Assembly: GCA_000092065.1 (NCBI GenBank)
Contig: CP000581.1
DNA: 64,000 nt
Reading direction: 5' to 3' (one strand)
DNA from: Ostreococcus lucimarinus
Taxonomy: Eukaryota
Part shown: positions 58,125 to 64,000 of the stretch, piece after piece
How the letters are laid out: each line of letters starts with the position of its first letter
How positions within the stretch are numbered: the stretch's first letter is position 1
Made by a program: the position numbers and the translations under genes
The notes under the pieces: generated by a model
Told to the model about the DNA's origin: nothing
The model's database searches: none
The model's input: only the letters and a program-made list of their open reading frames with translations

Positions 58125-61100
58125 TCGCCGCACGCGTTCTCCCCGCACGCCGCGGGCGGGGGGCTTTCGGAGGGCGATGGCGACGGCGCGAGGAAAAGTG
58201 GCGCGGCGTCGCGCGGGACCGCGCGAAAAGCGTACGAAGGCGCGAAACAGAGCGTGAAGAAGGCGTACGCGCGCGTGTACGACGACGAGCGGAGCTTGTT
58301 GTGCTTTAGCGACGCGTCCAGGGTGCGACAAATGTGCGCGAAAATCGCGCGAGCCACGAGCTTTCAGGTGTTCGTTTTCGCCGTAGTGGCGCTTAACGCC
58401 GCTGTGTTGGCGATGGAACTTCCCGAGCGCGCCTACGTCGCTCGAGGAGGCTCCGTACCGCTGACCGCGGACGGGTCGTGGGCGTTGCAAGTGGTTTTTG
58501 TCGTCGTCTTCGCGTTCGAAGCACTGGTGAAAGTTATAGCGAGTGGCTTCGCCATCGGATCGAAGGCGTACTTGACGGAGCGAAGCAATATTTTCGATTT
58601 CGTCGTGGTTGTGGTTGGGATCGTAGACTTGAGTAGCTCAGGCTCGAGCGGAGTCGGGACGCTGCGACTGTTGCGCACGATTCAGCCCCTTCGAGCGCTG
58701 AACAAATTCAAATCTGGAAGAATGGTTCTAGAGACGATTCGGAAATCGATTCCGCTCTTGCTCGACGTCGTGGTATTCATGTCGTGGTTCGTGATCGTTT
58801 GCACCGTAGTCGGTATGATGTCGTTCGGTGGTCGCTTGAACTCGCGAGAGTATTCGGGCGCCGGGTCGTCAAACGTCGCGGCGACGGCGATTTGTAGCAC
58901 CCTCGTCGCCGACTACCCGACGTCGGCCGCGGCGAGCGCGGAAAGCCCAAATTATCCTTCAGATGAGCTGCTATGCCTGAATCGTAGAAAGAATACGCTC
59001 GTCTCGAACGATACGTATTGCTGCGATTCCGGCGTGTCACCCGTCGACGGCTTCGTCAACTTTGACGATTTTGCCAAGGGTGCGTTTGTCGTTTTACAAA
59101 TTATGACGGTCGATGGATGGAATGAGATCGCATGGCCTACCGCGCGGGCCGCTGGGACGGCGCCTGCGTTGATATTTTACTTCGTTGTCGTTCTCATCGG
59201 AGGTTTCTTTGTGCTTCAACTGTTCACGTCGGTCATTTGCGCGACGTTGAGTGACATCGAAGATGAAAGCGCCTCGATGGATTGCGAGACGCTCGGTGAT
59301 GGCGCGACGGGCCTTTCACAAATGTTCGAATCAACGCGACCCTCGGTTTACTCGAAGTCATTCTTGAGCGGCGTTGGATCAACACTCTCGTCGTTCAGGT
59401 TGCCAGGTCAGGATGAAATTGATGGTTCCGAGGGCATGCAGAAGTGGCGACTCAAGGCACTCGCTCTCGTCGCTGACGTTCGATTCGAGTCTTTCGTGAA
59501 CATCACCATTATACTGAACACATTTACGATGATGTCAGTGACTGCAGAACCGAATCCGTCGCTGGAGCTATTTAGAGAAAACGCCGAGTACTTCTTTTTC
59601 GCGGTGTTTTGCTCCGAGTTTGCGCTGAAACATTTTGCTGTCGGACCCGTAGCGTACTGGAAGACGACGTGGAATCGACTGGATGGCTTGGTCGTTCTCT
59701 CCGGTATAATTGATATGACACTATCAGCTATAAGCTCTGGATCTGGCGTGAACCTGTCCTTCCTTCGCATACTGCGCGTGTTGAGAGTTTTGCGCATTGC
59801 GCGCGTCTTTCGTAGGAGTACGAGCTTTCAGAAAATATTGCGTGCGGTCGTACTAGGAGCGCAGCGTATTTGGGTGTTTTTATTGGTATGGGCAATCTTC
59901 ATGATTATGTTTGCGATCCTCGGTACGCAGCTCTTTTCTGCGAAAGGTGATTTGGACGATGAGAGATTGAATTTCAGAGACTTTTTTTCGTCCATCGTGA
60001 CGCTCTTTGTGGTGAGCACGGGCGAGAACACGTTTGAAGTCGCTTGGGGCACTATGAAAGCTGACGGTGACGCGGCGGGACTTTACATGGTCGTTTGGTG
60101 CTTGATCACGACATCGATTTTGGCGCTCGTACTTGGAATTCTTATCGATTGTGTCACCGAAGAAGGTAAAGTTGCATCGATTATCACCATGAAAGTTCCG
60201 CGACGAGAGCGCTTTGCGCGGGAAATGGCTAAATCCATGGGGTTTGACGAAGACGACTTCCCTGAATGGGTTCATCTCAAAGCAAACGAGGCGTGGACAA
60301 AGCGCAATCAAGAGCGCTCGAGGGCGAAGAGCGCAACGGAAGCAGGTTTAGGTCTCGATGAAGACGAAGAGAAGACAGACAGCGACAGCGACAGCGACGA
60401 CGACGAAGTCGAAGGTGATGAAGTAGCGCTACATGTGTTTGGCGATCCGTTCGAGGCGAGGCGCTTGCGCAAAGAACGAATCGCTCAAATGCGACGCGTC
60501 CACGAAGTTGCGGTCGTGCGACATTGGCTCGTGACGCTAGGTTATGAGCATCACTCTGCGAAATCGCTCGAAGTCGCGAAGACGATGCGGCGGCGATCCG
60601 TGATAAAGGCTCGCGAGCGACTGGCCAAGTCGCACAAGGCGAACGAGTTGAAGCGTCGAGCAATTGTTGACAGCATCAGCGCCAAACTTTTGGATCGTGA
60701 TGACGTCGATGCGAGTCGCTTAGTTCCACTCAGCGTCCGCTGCATCATGAAAAAGGACGAGGACTTACACGCAGACCTCAACTTGATCGACATCAACGGC
60801 GACTTTATTCCGCATCATGCCCTCTTTCCCGACAACGACCCCGTAGCTGAGGCGGAATCGTTGGTGCATTACGTGCGAAATGATAACTTTCGTATAGCGA
60901 TGTCATTTTACGGCATTGATGAATCCGACGAAAGAGACCAACTAAGACTCAAGGCGCTTCGCTTCGTGAAGCATCCTTGGTTTGACGTTGTCGTATTGCT
61001 CTTGATTGGTGCGAGTTCAGTATTGCTCGCCACGGAAACGAACTCGTTTCCAGCGGCTGACTCGAATATGGAACGGGTATACTTGATTCTCGATATTTGT

Positions 61101-63500
61101 TTCAACACATGCTTCACCATCGAAATGTGTTTGAAACTGTTTGGGCTTGGGGCGTGGAGGTTTCACGGGTCGTACTTCAAGTCGAAGTTCAACATCATGG
61201 ATGCCGTTGTGGTCGTCACTTCGTGGTTGATTGTCTTGCTTGGCGACGCTCTGCCAATACGATCGTTACGCGTTGTGAGGGTTCTACGTCCTTTACGATC
61301 GGTTAAACGAATTAAGGGGTTGCGAGTCGTAGTCGAAGCCATCATGTCTTCACTGCCGGCGATTTCATCCGTGTGCGTGGTCGGCCTCGCGATGCTCACG
61401 ATGTTGTCAGTGCTGGGTATGGAGTTGTTTCTGGGCAAGATGCATCGTTGCACGAACACCGCGGTGACTGTTGCGAATAAAACGCAGTGCTTAGCGGCGG
61501 GGGGAGTTTGGCGAAAGGCAAAGTTTAACTTTGATTCCTTTCCGGAGGCTTTCCTCAGCGTGTTCATCATCGCTACCGGCGACAATTGGCAAGACCTCAT
61601 GTACGAAGCGATGGATGTCGTCGGCGTAGATCAAGAACCTATCCGAGATAACGCCAAGTGGGCGTGCGTTTACTTTTTCGTATCGATTCTCTTTGGCTTC
61701 TTGCTCTGGGCAAATCTCTTTGTGTCGGCGCTCATCGACAATTTCAATCGTATCGCACACGACGAGAACGACGGCAAGCTGCTTGTCACCGATGAGCAAC
61801 GCGTGTGGCAGCAAGCAATGTTACTCGCCACGGTGCACGCTGACAACTCTTGGCGTAGATCATCACCGGAAACGCCCTGGAAAGCCGTCGTGCATGGCGT
61901 AGTGTCTAAGTATACCTTTGACGCGTTTTCCGTCTTTATGATCGTACTCAACATGGTCACGATGATGGCAATACGCGCGAACCCGTCGAAATCTGAGGAC
62001 GACTATCAAGTTTGGATGGGAAACACGTTAGCGATCTGGTACATGCTTGAGGCTTATCTTTTGATCGTCGCCATGAAGTGGAAAAATTACTGGCAGAGCG
62101 GTTGGAATAAGATCGATTTCATCGTGGCAGTTAGCGGTGTCGTCGGTCTACTCATCCCGGATGTTTACGAGAGTGGCGTTGGTGGAGCTTTCCGTATGCT
62201 GAGATTTTTGCGATTGTTTAAAATTGTTCAGGTGAGCAAAGGTCTGCGAACACTTTTCGCGACATTCTTGTCGGCGATTCCTGGAGTCGTCAATGTCGCG
62301 CTTTTATCTCTGCTGTTCATGTACATCTATGCTTGCCTCGGTGTCGCACTCTTTGGCGACATGTCTTCAGATTACCTCGGCGCTGCACTTTCGGAGTACT
62401 CAAACTTTGTGACGTTCCCAAAAGCGATGGTGAGTCTTTTTGTGAGTTACACTGGAAATTGGCAAGGATACTTCACCGACATTTACGTCGACGATCGCTG
62501 TTACGAAAACACATCGCTACCGGCTAATGTGACGTGCTCTCCCCGCTACGTGAGCATATTTTATTTCGTCACGTACGTCATCACGAGCGTCTTTTTCCTT
62601 GGGAACTTGTTCATCGCCATTATCCTTGAGCGATTTAGCTTTTGTGCCTCAGAAGAAGAAGGTGTGGGTGGCAGTGGCGAGAGCAACTTTCTTTACGCCA
62701 CGATGACGTTGAAGCGTGTGGCGCGTCAAATTTCTCGTAGCGTACGCGAGGCGACCAAGCTCGCGCCGAGCGAACGGCAAGATGCATATGTTGAGAAGCG
62801 TCGGGCGCGTTCGAAGGCAGGCAGCGGCACTGCGACGCCGAGCACGCCGCATTTGAGCAAGAACAATAGCATTCAGCGCGCGAGCACGGCGAGCACTACG
62901 CCGGCGTCTGCATCGCCGCATGGCGATTTCGATCCGTTCGATGATCCAACCGATGAAGTCATCGATACTGTGCGATCCAACCTTGAAGAAATTCGCGCTA
63001 AAACGCAGTCTCCGATCGCAGTCGAAGACGATCTCGACTTTGAAGACGTCAAGTCTGCGCTGAGAGACGCGTTGCCAACCCAAGACGCGGCGTCTCTTTT
63101 GGCGGCGGCGAACGCCGTTGATCGACTCGTGCGTTCGCGCAGTCGCTCTCGAAGCGTTAGTCGGGGACGCACAAGGGTATCATCTGCAGGTGATATGGCT
63201 TTTGAAGATGTGAACCGAAGCGACGACGATGATGGCACCCTCGAGATGATTCGCGCGACGAGCTCGACGCCGACGCCGACGCGAGGTCGTAGTGTTGCGC
63301 GAGTGCATAGTCAGCGGTCGCGAGTGGAAAGCGCTACAGCGCGTATGAAGATGGCGACATCGGCTGGATCGTCGCGGCATGGCTCGAGCGATGAGGAGTC
63401 CGACGAAGCGCCGCGCGCTTACGGAAACGGCTCACGCGCGTACGAACGCGAGTTCGAAGCGTCTTCAGACGACGAAAGCTTAGATTACTCGCGCCTTTAG
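58083..63500 (+). CDS. Four-domain voltage-gated cation channel (Cav/Nav/NALCN superfamily), 1805 aa, single exon
   Basis: Four S1-S6 repeats. S4 voltage sensors: 'LRLLRTIQPLRALNKFK' (I), 'LRILRVLRVLRIARVFRRS' (II), 'IRSLRVVRVLRPLRSVKRIKGLR' (III), 'FRMLRFLRLFKIVQVSKGLR' (IV). Pore loops: 'QIMTVDGWNE', 'VSTGENTFE', 'IATGDNWQD', 'SYTGNWQG'. ATG verified at 58083. The last 69 codons lie inside repeat copy B. Confidence 0.9.
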
Positions 63501-63690
63501 AATCGAGTATTTAGACTCGCGCCTTTAGAAGACCGAAATACAAGTGAAACGACACGCAAAGAACGAGTAACAGGAAGAGAATCATCGCGCTACACCTTTG
63601 AGGCTAAGTTTTTGTTGGCGTTCTCGATGACCTGCAAACGGGCGCTACGCCGCTTGCTCGACGAGTAAAGCCAAACACCGACCATAGTAA
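63293..63690. repeat. Inverted-repeat copy B (398 bp), reverse complement of 50299..50696, abutting the subtelomere
   Basis: Contains the channel's last 69 codons on + and, on -, the exact 3' end of the TPT transporter gene (the 'TITMVGVWLYSSSKRRSARLQVIENANKNLASKV*' coding sequence). Confidence 0.85.
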
Positions 63691-63828
63691 GGGTTCCGGG
63701 AAGGATGCGAATGCTAGTGACTTTTTTAGGGTTTAGTACGACGCAGAGAGACTAGGGTTAGGTGTAATAAGTATTAGCTAGTCGGTCGGTTACGGCACTT
63801 CTCCCGAAGCGCCTCCCTCCCTCATGCG

Positions 63829-64000
63829 TAGGGTTTAGGGTTTAGGGTTTAGGGTTTAGGGTTTAGGGTTTAGGGTTTAGGGTTTAGGGTTTAGGGTTTA
63901 GGGTTTAGGGTTTAGGGTTTAGGGTTTAGGGTTTAGGGTTTAGGGTTTAGGGTTTAGGGTTTAGGGTTTAGGGTTTAGGGTTTAGGGTTTAGGGTTTAGG
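63829..64000 (+). repeat. Telomere, (TTTAGGG)n, about 24 units, running to the window edge
   Basis: Perfect 'gggttta' heptamer array. The G-rich strand runs 5'->3' toward the window end, the orientation of a right chromosome terminus. Plant/green-algal repeat type. Degenerate telomere-like units lie at 63735..63775. Confidence 0.95.

Noticed and set aside
63180-63380. A 66-aa minus-strand ORF 'MPRRSSRCRHLHTRCSAFHSRPLTMHSRNT...' (and its twin at 50609..50794 +)
   Set aside because: The two ORFs share their first 29 aa only because they lie inside the inverted repeat. They are antisense to the channel C-terminus and show no protein-like features, but they were useful for locating the repeat boundary.

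Overview
This window is the gene-dense right end of a eukaryotic nuclear chromosome from a very GC-rich (about 65%) green alga, consistent with a Mamiellophyceae/Micromonas-like prasinophyte; it is not a prokaryotic island. Eukaryotic nuclear origin is supported by a canonical histone H4 gene, organelle transit-peptide-like N-termini on many proteins, a (TTTAGGG)n telomere tract at 63829..64000 on the strand expected for a right telomere, and one demonstrable GT-AG spliceosomal intron in the chloroplast Rieske gene petC. I can support about 40 mostly single-exon protein genes, tightly packed and often head-to-head or tail-to-tail with intergenic spacers under 300 bp: SMC5 (5' partial), HAD hydrolases, histone H4, an F-box/RCC1 protein, PurH/ATIC, a DUF285/BspA-like surface protein, LSM12-like, a WD40 protein, MenB, a class-3 lipase, cryptochrome-DASH, a PLP-fold fusion protein, an SLC35B nucleotide-sugar transporter, YaaA/DUF328, a type II thioesterase, NSRP1, an EF-hand protein, PetC, an ARFRP1-like GTPase, acyl-ACP thioesterase, a SpoIIIAA/Ycf45-like ATPase, a TPT-family transporter, a 2OG-oxygenase-Nudix fusion, archease, a PLD-type cardiolipin synthase, and a 1805-aa four-domain voltage-gated cation channel that ends about 330 bp from the telomere. 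Most worth following up: (1) a perfect 398-bp inverted repeat pair (50299..50696 versus 63293..63690) that links the 3' end of the transporter gene to the 3' end of the channel gene and places the second copy directly against the subtelomere; (2) the four-domain channel itself, whose pore-loop residues read D/E/D/N rather than EEEE or DEKA; (3) two unusual domain fusions (2OG-Fe(II) oxygenase plus Nudix; an unknown N-domain plus a class-V PLP fold); (4) an ARF-family GTPase whose catalytic Gln appears replaced by Ala; (5) a bacterial PLD-type cardiolipin synthase in an alga. The ORF track calls GTG/TTG/CTG starts as M, so I re-derived ATG starts where I could; coordinates may be off by 1, and starts in low-complexity GC-rich N-termini are uncertain.
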